DNA from: Orbicella franksi
Taxonomy: Eukaryota
Length of the DNA: 64,000 nt
Assembly (NCBI GenBank): GCA_964199315.1
Contig: OZ116701.1
Location: 2,914,001-2,978,000 of the forward strand
Direction of reading: 5' to 3'
Shown piece after piece: positions 12,426 to 23,540 of the stretch. Every line of letters begins with the position of its first letter. Position 1 is the stretch's first letter. Position numbers and translations under genes: made by a program. The notes beneath the pieces are model-generated. The model had not been told where the DNA came from. It saw only the letters and a list, made by a program, of their open reading frames with translations, and ran no database searches.

Positions 12426-15400
12426 TTACTTGGTCATTAGAAATCGGAATTCTGTGGCAAAAGTAGAACAAAGAAAAACAGTTAGAATTTAGTCTACTAG
12501 CAGGCAAACGGAAGCACTTTGCCTCACTCATATTTTTTGTATTTGTTGTTTGTAGTCATCATAGCACCCTTAATGCCTAAGCACGCCTTCATCAGATAGC
12601 ATGAAAATGCGTTGACAAGATATTTTGGGAAAAATAACTAATAACATCAATAGAAAAAAGATCCCCCTTCCCCCCTGCTGACAACGTTGTAAACGATAGA
12701 TGACGACTTCATCAGGATAAACAACATTGAATTGGGGGGGAGGGGACGAACTGATAAATTCCCCTGACAGATATTGCAAAAGTGGGCAAGTGTGCCAGGA
12801 CTTTTGTCGGGGATTGTAGGAAGAGAATTCAAACATAGTCATTGCCTCAGTCATAATTTTTATCTGACTACGGCTCTGTTTACAGTTGCTAAAGTTTATC
12901 ATCTGACACTCAGTTAAATTCAAGCTGCATCATTGATGACGTTTTTCTCCGGTTCGAATTCAGTTTTTGTTTCATTTTCAAAAAAACTTTCACAGTGCAA
13001 ATGTCACAATACAAAGTTCTGGTGATCTGCCAGCGTAAATAGAGCGGATGCACATCACGTCATGGCAGCCATATTGGTGTTCCAAAACAATGAAACGGCA
13101 GTCATGTTGGTGTACAAAACCAATCCTGTAGGAGTTGAACACTTTTCTTATGTAGTCTCACGTCGGGAGTTAAACTCTATCAAGTACTGACCATACTGTG
13201 AGGGTCATTCAGGTGAGTCGAGGGAAAAGGCAAGTCTTTTAAGTGGCGTTATAAAACAATTTATGCTTTCTTGAATATTTTGACATCTTGACTAGTCCGT
13301 CGTGGAAATACAGTAGGAAGTGCAGTCATCTCTCGTTATAGCGGACACGCTTGGGGACGTCGTTTGGCGTCCGTAATAGCGAGAGTCCGTAGAAACTAAG
13401 AATTTTAGTTCTCGCTATCAGTTTTTCGTTCGACGGTGGAGCCGCCACACATCTTGAAAATTACCATTTGCATGTGCTACATCGTTTGTGCTAATTATTA
13501 AAATGACAGTAATAAATTCAAATTTGGCCTTCAAACAAAGTTTTCTGATTTATTTTACCTTCATAATCAATCTGTCCATCTCCATTAAGGTCAGCCTCTC
13601 TCATCATTTCATCCAACTCTTCATCTGTGAGTTTCTCGCCAAGATTCATCATAATTTGTCTTAACTCGTGCGCACTTATCAGCCCGTTTCCATCCTTGTC
13701 AAAAATTCTGAACGCATCCCTTATTTCCTCCTCTGTATCGTTTGTAGTTATTTTCTTAGACATCATTTGGAGAAACTCTTCAAAATCTATCTCACCATTT
13801 CCTAAAAAACGAACAAATACTATGAGAAGTGAACAGAGAAGAATTGCAGTGATCATTTTAATGACGTTTATGTTCGTCACAATTACCCTAGAATTTCCGA
13901 ATAAAAGTAAAGTCTGCATACGAGCCTAGTGGCCCATCAGGCCGGAGCTTATCCCGGTTTCTGTAGCATGAAACGACTAGGAGTATTTATACTCTCCCCT
14001 GGATAGGATGCTAGTCCATCGCCAGGTTACCCCCAGCATTAAATTCGCCGGTACCCATTTGTACACCTAGGTGGAGAGAGGTACTGTAAGAGCAAAGTGT
14101 CTTGCCCAAGAACACAACACAATGTCCCCGACCAAGGCTCGAACCCGGACCGCTCGATCCAGAGTCGAACGCGCTAACCATGAGGCCACCGCGCCTCCTA
14201 GGAATTTCCGAAAAATGTTGTCAAATCAGAAATAGCATGAACATTCTAATAATGACGTCATATTACTCAAGAACATCTTTTCGAAAAGACCCGACGATTC
14301 AGCTGGATTCCGACAATACTAGACGTCTCTCGTTGGCATCACTCGATGAACGTCCGATCATTGTAAGCCAGTCATAAGCAGCTGCCTTCGTCGGTCGGAA
14401 ACATCCGAGAAATTTTCGATTCTAGACGGACAATAAAAATTAACAGCCCTCGTCGGTCAGATCAAATCCGTTGCCGTGAACTGACAGTTCACAGTTTATG
14501 CCAGGTAAGGGATTTTTCTGACTGCTATACAAGAATTTGAGATTTTCGGGCGATTTTTAAAATCCAGAATTCTTTAAATCAACTGAGGAATAAGATATAT
14601 TGAGTTCTAGATCAAACACACCGTCTTCATCTACATCAGCTATCATTTCCTTCAGTTCGTCTTCAGTTGGATTTTGTCCCAAAGATCTCATCACAGCAGC
14701 AAGCTCCGATGACGAGATCGATCCACCGCCATCTTTGTCGAACAAGGAGAACGCCTCTCGGAACTCTAAACAGAATGCAAAGGAATATAAATGATTTTCC
14801 CATACGCGTTTCTTATTCTGCTCGTTTATTTTGTGCCAAATGCAAACTAAACAATCTGATGTTTCTGAGCAAGACAAGATTCGACTTCCGTTGCTTCGTG
14901 GTAGAGGTTAATAAAAAGAAATGGCGAGATAAAATCATTGAAAAAATAGCGGGAAAGAACTTTTTTAAAAAGTGTCTAGTCACGAAAAAGGGAACAACGT
15001 CCATATATGGCAGCAAAAATACCGCACCCAGATCCCACAATTAAAGGCAGAACTCATTGCAGCAGTGATAGGAGTGGCTCAAACGATCAGTAGTTAAGCA
15101 GAGCACTTTTTCCTTGTTTACATAGCCTCATCTAAATAAGAAGGGGGTTCGGAGAATTCGAAACAGTTATGCAAACCCGAGTCTTGGTTTGCATATTAAC
15201 TTTCGAGAATTCTCTCAACCCCTCAGATGTTTAGACGAGGCTATGTAAGCAGGGAAAGAGTACTCTGTTGCTTTTATAAAATAATTCACAAAAATACGCT
15301 TGAATCTAAAACGTCACAACCGTGTTTACACACTCTCATCTAAACACACATATCGACCAATGAGAGCGCGCGTAGTATCTCAGTTATTTATCAAAATACC

Positions 15401-18400
15401 AGCGCTCCTCCTCTGATAGTCTTGATAAGCAATGCATGACTTTTGATTGATTAAATATTTTGAACTAAGAAACTTTTTCCATTTTTTTTTAAAGTTTGTG
15501 GCGGCAATTCCAATTATAGACCGCAACTTGAGCGTGGTTAGTCGAGAAACTCGATGCTCCTTTAATCGTAGTGTAAAAATTGGCGTCCGCTGTATCGAAG
15601 TGGTTTTGGTTCCTTATTGCTTGATATGGCTTAACTTCATCACTTGTATCTGCAAACACAATATCTCGGTAGTTCCTTTAGTATAATATAACATTGTACA
15701 TTAGTTACAGTTTGCAGATAAGTCAAAGTTCGAAGACTAAAGATCTGCTGACCAGCGTAACACAATTCGATAAATCTCTTGAACTCAATTTTTGTTTTAC
15801 ACGCCGTAAAAGAATTGCTTGAATGATTTCTTTAATCAAAATCTGAATATAAATTCTTGATAGTGGCTACCAAGTAAACCTTACCAGCAATTTGACGTGG
15901 ATATGTTCCTTCGAGATTCACAGTACTTTGAGTTTTACTGGCAGTTTCGCTCATTGTCGCGTTTTAGGACACTAAACGAATCATCAGTAAGTTTCTGGGT
16001 GATTTTACGTTGTCGCCTTTCATGAAAAACCTAAAATCGATGTTATTAATAAACAGGATTCCAAGCCATCAAATATTTACCAATCTCATAAGAAATTCAA
16101 TAACCACTTGAGTTGTGATATTAGACCCCCCGGGGGGGGAGTGCTCCAAGCAAAGTTGGGTGGGGGTGTGTGGCTCTCTTCCCAAAACCCTTACCTTATT
16201 AATGACCAAAATCTGCGTGCCTACCCTATTTGCGACCTGACCAAAAGTTCGATACCTTATTTATGACCGGACCTTTAAATCAATACCCTTTTTCAGACCT
16301 GTCTTATAATGAGTTCCTTAGTTCAGACTGATGTTTATGGCATTATGAAGGGCTTTTGTTGATGGTCTTATCAATAATGATGAAAAAGTGGCTTCGTCTA
16401 GAAGCATACCTATTTCAAGACAAAAGTGCAAAACCGATACCCTATTTGAGATCAAAATGGCCAAAATCGATACCCTATTTCTGACCAAAACGGCTAAAAA
16501 GCCATACCCTTTAGGGCCGACATACCCATATAGCCCATATAAGGGAGTAACCCCTCCCCCCCGTACTAGACCTTACTCGATCAATTACTTTTGGTTATTT
16601 TCAATTCCGTTATCTGCGCAGTAGCAGCTTCGCACAATGTGTGGTAGAGATTAATTATTTCAGTGAAAAGTTGTCAAGTTAACAAAGCTTGTTCATGATA
16701 TGTCTAGAAATATCTCAAGTAAAAAAATAATCAGTCGTTCTATGATGCTATGGAGGAAAACAAAAACATTTTTTGATTAAAAAGTGTTGGAAATAATTAA
16801 AGATAATAAACTCAGCCGGAGGATGCTTAGTGGCGTGTTGTTTAACACAATGGTGCATAAATTCCTTCATATTTTACTTTCAAAATTCTGATGGCCATAT
16901 TACTTTCGCGGGCTGGGTCGTTATAGTGAAATTTACCATCCAGAAAGCATCCTCGGATACCCAGGGGCTGCTAGTCGGGACGATGCCATATTTTCGGGCG
17001 AAAGTTTACTTCAAGAGCAGACAAGCCCCCTGGGCACTTATTCTTACTGAACCAGTTCCAGAAGTGTTCGAATTCCGTCCCGCTGATGGGCCAGAAAAAT
17101 ATTTTATCAACTTTAAAAACTAGTTCTTTTGTACTTTTAGTTTCAAAACAGTACGCCGTCACTAAACGTCACGCGTGACTGTGTTGTGATAGCATTTTAA
17201 CTTCCTTAGAAATTAAGTCTAAGGAAGTTGTTGACGAATGACCGATTTCAACAAAGTAGTCATTGGCTTAAGGCACCCTCCACACTACACCGGGAAAATC
17301 TGAAAACGTAGCTTTATTTCTACGGTCATGCCTACCGTCTACACTAATCCGTCACGAAAACGGAGCTTTACGAAAACGCACTCCGGAGGAATTTGAAAAC
17401 GTCGGCTGTGCGTTTTAGTTTGAACGAAAAACATTTTGAAAATGGAGCTTTTCGAAAACGATGACATCGCGATAATCATGTGATTTTCCTGCGATAATCA
17501 TGTGATTTTCACGTGATTTTCCGCAAAACCAAAATGACCGATGATTGTTGAGTTTTCAGATTCCTCCGGCGTAGCGTGGACGGAAAATTGATGTGTTTTC
17601 AGAGCGCAGACACCATTTAAAATTTCTCTGGCCTAGTGTGGACGGGGCCTAACATTAGACATCGGTATTCAGTGCTAACGTGAAACCTGGGCGGGTGTAG
17701 ATGTGGAGGGTTCACAAAAACGAAATTAAATTGTTTCATTTTCTTTGCCCAAATAGACGCAATCTACCCATCAAAGCCTTACAGTGAGAGCGCTGAATAT
17801 AAATTGACTTTGTTGGACAGTCTTCCGTGCAGCATAAGACTTCAAAGGAAAATGATCGTTGTGATCATGAAACTCCCACTAAAAATATATAACACGTTCA
17901 GGGCCGTCAGGTTTTTAGAGAAAGTTTCGAACCTTTGTGTGAAGTCAGACAACTGTTTACCAATATAAAAACTTGTTTTGATATAAAAATGACCAATATT
18001 CGCTTTGCATGAGGAAAGAATCTAGTGCAGAAACATCATTATACAGGACATAATTTGCTTAGTCATGAAGCCATCAAACACAAGTCAGACCACTGTTAAT
18101 GGATTTGTTTATATCAATCATTGCACTACCAACTTCTTACTACGTTGAACTTCAGTGGATTTCCAGTCTAAAGTTTAAGACATAAATATTGTTGCCTTTG
18201 CTTAACTTTAAAATATGGCTTAGATGGTTCGGTTGTCCGCGAATCGGTGTTTTTCCACCACTCGTTTGTGAAGCTGCTTCACTGAATAATTAAACATGTG
18301 TAGATGTTCTATTCGTACACTCAACACTAAAGCTGCCGGCGGCAGGTGCGGTGTCTTGTCATTGTTTCCTTAAACATCACTCCCAATCTAAGATGTTTTG

Positions 18401-19114
18401 CATACAATTCAGTCTCCATGTACTAAACAGTTTGAACATTTCCCAGTCAAATACCTTGTTCATATTTGAAGGCATGCTAAATTAAAGAAAGCCGCCAAGT
18501 TTAATTCAACTCGCAGTCATCATTGCTGTACATATCGATCGGAAAGGAGTGGATACTTTTGAGTTTTCGCTTTCGAATCATATGCAAGCTTCTGCCTCGT
18601 GTTTTTGAAGACAAAAGAAAACGTTTGTTCCTTAAGGCAATGCGTTCGTCCCAGATTAAGCTGCCTCTCAAAGTTCACAACACACTCGGATATTCTCATT
18701 ACCGCAAACTTCTTATACAATTGGCTTTTACTTTCGATACTGCTCGGTTTCTTACCACGTAGATGAGAGAACCGCAGAATTGGTCACGACAACATTGCCG
18801 AATTAATATGCTAAGCATGGTTTTTGCTGGTGACCAAATACACCGAATCAACAAAACGCAACTAAGTGGAAAACTTACCAGCGACTTGCTCTTCGGATAG
18901 CCTTTTGTCCTGTTTCTATGGACAGACAGTTTAACAAAAGAAAGCTTAAACACAAGCAGGAACTCCAAAACACAGATAAATTATTATAACCATCCTAGCT
19001 ATCAACTCATTCTGTGGTTTGTACGCGTTGTAAAACAAACGGGTGCTTCACAAAAATTGTAGGCGAATAAATGAGCAGTGTAAAAGATTGTACCTCTGTC
19101 GTTTTATTCGGCAT
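12426..19114 (-). CDS. Calmodulin-like protein B (4 EF-hands), distal-first-exon isoform
   Basis: Core exons 14622-14765 ([15 protein letters not shown]...DVDEDG), 13559-13801 (NGEIDFEEF...DGQIDYE) and 12426-12451 (EFRFLMTK*, long pyrimidine tract). Distal 5' exons 19094-19114 (MPNKTTE|gtacaa) and 18879-18915 ([12 protein letters not shown]|gtaag) join in phase to give [20 protein letters not shown]. Core exons are high confidence; the 19094 exon is less certain. Confidence 0.88.
13905..14198 (-). mobile_element. tRNA-derived SINE, near full length
   Basis: Minus-strand head GGAGGCGCGGTGGCCTCATGG (A box) ... GGTTCGAGCC (B box), then a body shared with four other copies in the window. Confidence 0.85.
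15095..15400. repeat. Non-autonomous repeat with long internal inverted repeat
   Basis: tttacatagcctcatctaaa...gagaattc...gttatgcaaacccgag / tttgcatattaac...gagaattctc...tttagacgaggctatgtaa form a fold-back. Confidence 0.6.
15885..15954 (-). CDS. Alternative first coding exon of calmodulin-like B
   Basis: 70-nt exon ATG...[23 protein letters not shown] + G|gtaagg; phase 1 joins the 14622-14765 exon to give QIAEFREAF (160-aa isoform). Confidence 0.65.
16126..16563. mobile_element. Non-autonomous DNA element with C/G-run TIRs
   Basis: Begins ccccccgggggggagtgctcc and ends gggagtaacccctccccccccg; internal repeated ataccctattt...gaccaaaa motifs; non-coding. Confidence 0.65.
17272..17649. mobile_element. 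PIF/Harbinger-like MITE
   Basis: Terminal inverted repeats GGCACCCTCCACACTA / TAGTGTGGACGGGGCC flanked by TAA on both sides (3-bp TSD); non-coding. Confidence 0.85.
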
Positions 19115-19364
19115 TCCGTTCATCGGGGATAAGGAATTTAAATCTTCGAACAAACCATCCTGAGGGAATATTGTTTACTTCTGTTTTTTTTTTTCTCGCC
19201 AGCGCACGTTCTCTCGGGGGTCTAGAACTGACTGCTGTCTCAACAGATAAATTATTTATAGTTGCCATTTGCCCCATCAGCATAGTGTGATATCGAGTGA
19301 AGCTCTCACGTCACCAATTCAACTCCATGTGGGTATTAAGTCAGACAGGCGAAAAGAGGAAATC

Positions 19365-19479
19365 ATGAAGAAAAAGCACGCAAGATTATTAATATTGATT
19401 TTGGTAGGTTTGATGGCCGCGGTAATATTTCGACGTAAACTTTACTTCGTGACTCAGCGCAGCAGAGCGATATTAGAAG
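19365..19479 (+). CDS. Putative first exon encoding a basic-hydrophobic-basic signal-anchor peptide (partner exon uncertain)
   Basis: MKKKHARLLILILVGLMAAVIFRRKLYFVTQRSRAILE followed by G|gtaaaa donor, ~430 bp upstream of the sulfatase-like ATG. No homology recognised. Confidence 0.35.
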
Positions 19480-19905
19480 GTAAAAGAAGCTTGCATGAAC
19501 TCAGTGTTGTTTTAACCCATTCAATATAATTTGAAAGAAAGATCTTAATTACTCAAGGCGACATGAAACTCCGTGACAAATAATGGGTTAACAAAATTAA
19601 TCCCCACGGTGGTTTTAATTCAAAATGAAATCATTTTAGTTTCAACCTGAGTTTCAACCGTTTAAAACTAAGTTAACTCCGTGACTAATCTAAAATGTAT
19701 GTCTTGTTGGTTTTACTATCAGTAATAAATTTTGCTTAATATGCGCGACCATTAACATTTGATATAAGATACTAATTGTTTCTAGGTAAGGTACCATTGT
19801 AGTTCAAGTCCATTCGGTGACGTATGGTTTTGGCGGGGAGAACCTGGAGCCGAAGGGCAGGCGATAATGTAATACCGAGTACAGCGGATAACTTCAAAAT
19901 TCAAC

Positions 19906-21167
19906 ATGGCGGCTTGTCCCGCAATTTTCATTATTCTTGTCTATCTGTTTTCCACTTGTTTTTCCCTCAATATTTCTCTTGGAGGAAGTCCAAACATTAT
20001 CATCTTTATGACTGACAATCTCTCTATTGGAGATCTAGGCATTTACAACAATAATTCGCCGCAAACATTAACTCCAAACATCGATCGTCTAGCGGAAGAA
20101 GGAGTCGTATTTTCTCGCTGGTATTCTCAGTCATCAAGGATTTCATCCATCGCATCCTTACTAACGGGATTATTACCACCTCGTACTGGAATTATCAAAA
20201 GTAAGTTTCTTTCTTTCAAGGAAATCCCGTCGATTGCATCTTCTGGAGGCTTACAGCACAACGAAATAACCTTGGCAGAAGTTTTAAAGGCGAAAGGTTA
20301 CGCCACAAATTTTGTGGGCTTGTGGGGTTTAGGGGTGGGAAAAAATGGAGAATACTTGCCTCTTGGTCACGGGTTTGACTCGTGGTATGGGGTTCCATCG
20401 GCACACAAAGACCAGTGCATGGAAAGCTACAAGACAACGTCAGATTCGCAATACACTTGGCAAGCAGTGTGTTCGTTCTTCAGTCCGTTGCTTTATATTC
20501 TTCCATGTGTTGCCTTCATTGGTTGGTATAATGGACTTGGCAAGATAATCACTGTTTTCACGGTTATAATAGCTTTCATCTTGTACAGCAGTATACTGCA
20601 TGATGTGATTCACTTTATGATGGATTTCATCCAAGTAAGAAGTTGTGTTCTGTACAGAAACAGAAGTATTATAGAACAGCCCTATACTATAGAAAACATG
20701 ACCCTGCGGTTTACAAGAAATGCTGTACAATTTTTGGAGACATCGTCAATTTCAAGTAAACCCTTTTTTCTTTTTGTCAGTTACATGAACCTCAATCACC
20801 CAGTATTTACATCACGGTTCTTTTTAAATTCAACGACAAGTTCATACTCTGATGCTCTGAAAGAGGTAGACTGGAGTGTTGGAAGGATACTAAGAACATT
20901 GAAGGAACGTGACATTGATAACAGTACATTAGTTCTGTTTACGTCAGCGACTGGACATTACTTTGATGAATCATGTGACACTTGTAAAGAGGAAGAGACT
21001 GAGGATACTGATGAAACCATATTTTTAAGAGGTAAGACAGACCTCTTTTTTTATTGATCATTTATAATAATGATAATAATTTTATTATTATAAATTGATA
21101 CTGATTATTAGTTTTAAGCAATAGGAAGGGTTAGTTTAGACTTCCAGTTGTTTTAGTGAAGCACAAA

Positions 21168-21200
<33 letters not shown>

Positions 21201-23540
21201 AATGATGATGATGAGGACGGTGATGGTGATTGACGAGCTTCTGGATAGTGATTTATGAAAGATGGTGCCAGGCAGGATATAAGCTTCAAGAAGAGGATGT
21301 AGGTATCCATGGCAACCCAGAGAGTGGTAACCACCTGGCACTGTCTCATTAAAAAATCAGTTGAGATACTTATCAACCCAAACAATGAGTGGCCAATAGC
21401 AGTGAGGAAGATGGAGTGAAAGGCATGCAAAAAGCTTAAAGTAACTGAGCATCCTCACACAGCTGAAAATTATGCAAAACATGTAACTATAGCCTTGAAA
21501 AACCCACAGCACACAACTACTCCAAAATGCTGCTGACCAGCATTGGTTTAAGTCAAACTTGGCCTCAACATTCATAATTTCCTTCATAATTTGATAAGTA
21601 AATAAGATCCAGAACAGGATGAGAAACATTTTTCGACTCAAAAGTTGTTTTTAATACCCTCTCGTGAAGTGACAGTAAATTTTGTAGGTTAACTATCATT
21701 ATACTCCGAACAAGAGTACACATGATTAATGTTGTTTCCCCAGGGGGACTTCCATTTAAAAGGACAGGGGTGCTCATTGGAAATTTTGAAAAGAACCACT
21801 AAGAGGTACCATGGGTACGTGGGTGTGGCTTGAAATTTTTTTCTCCTAAGAGGTGCCAAGTCTAAAACATGTTATCTCCTGTCATATTTTTCCAGCTCAA
21901 TACCCTATATGGTACTGCAAAAGCTCCCGCTATGGACTTTTTGAGACTGACCACCCTAGGAGGTACCCACACCAATTTTTCAACCCCTAAAAGGTACAAC
22001 GAGCACTCCTGACCATTTTCTATGGGAGCCTTCCCTGGGGCTGTATCTTTATCTGTGACAACAAGCTATGGGAATGTTATTCTCTTGTAGGTAGCAGCAA
22101 GAATGATATTTGTGAGAGCATCATTCGTGTGCCAGCATTGATGAGATGGAAAGAAGAACTTGCAGAAAGACAGATAATCAGAACGCCTGTGACAGTGATG
22201 GATGTCATGCCAACCGTATTAGAATTATTAAATCACAGCACTGGTGCATTCTACTCGGACGGCAAAAGTTTATTGCCTGTCTTGTTTAACTCGTCACAGG
22301 AATCTCAACACAAATATATTTTCCATTATATAGAAGTTACCAAGCCTGCAGCCATAACTTCTGGCCCTTACAAAGTTGTATATACAGAGATTAAAGGTAA
22401 GTATCAAGTCTATGAGATGCAACTAAGTTTTTGCTACTTGGGTCATTAGGTCTACATCTTACAAATGTCATGCATTTAGCTTGTATGTTTTCTTTTATCA
22501 AACAAATCCTCTAAATGGTCTCAAATCAGTATGCTGGACACATGTACAACAATATATTTAATACAATGCTGGCATAAAGTTTTGAGTCACCTGTTGTTGC
22601 TGTCCACACCTGAAGCAAACTTGTTACTTTGTGGTTGAATTCTATCAACAACAGGCAATATCAATGGAAAATCAAGCATACTCAGCTGTAACAGGTGTTA
22701 CTGGTTACAGTCCTTAATAACAGCCCAGTTTAAAGAGGGTGACACCGAAAAAGTTAACCCTAACCATGCTCTAAGTATATATATTATACATTAAACAGGA
22801 TTTAGGAAGTCTTAAATTACATTGCCATTCTTATGGTATTTTAATTCCTCTGGTACCCACTGGGGTTGCAAAGAACCTTCTGCATTTAAGAGTTGGCTAG
22901 GTTGCACAATCTAACCTTGAATTAGTAAGCATACACACAATGAAGCTACAGGCTACCTCAAACCCTCTGCACATGTTTAGGGCCTGTTACATCATTACAT
23001 ATTTGTCAGATTTTTATGATTTTAATTATTTCTCTGTTCTCTTGTTAGTTTTACGTTTGATTGATGAGATGTATCAAACATGGGAGACAGTGTTTTATCA
23101 TATTTTCAAACAAGTTCAAACTTCTCAAAAGTATGCTGCTGCACATCATATTTTCAACTCTCTTCTCAGTGTTTGGAAATGTGGTAAGACACAGTTACTT
23201 GTGTTTGATACTTAAGTATTACATCAAGCACATGTAAACCATTCTAGTTCCTTTATTTTTCTCTTGATCAGATAACAGAGGACAACAGTCCTTTGAAACT
23301 CCACTGCTGTTTAATGTCGAGACAGACCCAGAGGAGACATCACCTCTGCCAAATGCAGAACACAGTGAGCTTTTGGCAAACTTTTCAGAAGCCCTGGTTG
23401 ATCACATGAAAACAAGAAGAAATAAATGGCACTCACAGCTGGATAGTAGAATAATTCCTTTCTGGTTTCCTTGTGCAAATTTTCCACATTGTTTCCAAGT
23501 TTGTAACGAGAACAGTGACTTTTCAGATTTGTTCAACTGA
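19906..23540 (+). CDS. Steroid sulfatase/arylsulfatase D-H-like membrane protein (566 aa), predicted catalytically inactive
   Basis: Exons 19906-21031, 22091-22396 and 23272-23540 (phase 1 junctions, 1701 nt). Signal peptide, PNIIIFMTD..GDLG, TPNIDRLAEEG, LLTG..P.RTG, EITLAEVLKAKGYAT, GHGFDSWYG, hydrophobic hairpin insert, KPFFLFVSY, EVDWSVGRILRTL, IRVPALMRW, PLLFNVETDPEE and C-terminal PC..FPHC match the STS/ARS family layout. Confidence 0.9.
21168..21231. repeat. (GAT)n microsatellite
   Basis: Direct reading; in intron 1 of the sulfatase-like gene. Confidence 0.9.
21738..22040. mobile_element. Non-autonomous DNA element in intron 1 of the sulfatase-like gene
   Basis: TIR-like ends ccccagggggacttccat / atgggagccttccctgggg; internal repeated ctaagaggtacc-like motif. 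Confidence 0.6.

Noticed and set aside
14120-14198. Functional tRNA genes at the SINE heads (also ~28980-29049, 42790-42870, ~44400-44463)
   Set aside because: A and B boxes are present but there is no complete cloverleaf, and each runs into a shared SINE body.
16830-17162. 97-aa (+) and 63-aa (-) ORFs
   Set aside because: No recognisable homology and no in-frame route into calmodulin-like B; kept only as a possible UTR exon.
21131-21430. Poly-Ser and poly-Ile ORFs
   Set aside because: Produced by the intronic (GAT)n microsatellite.
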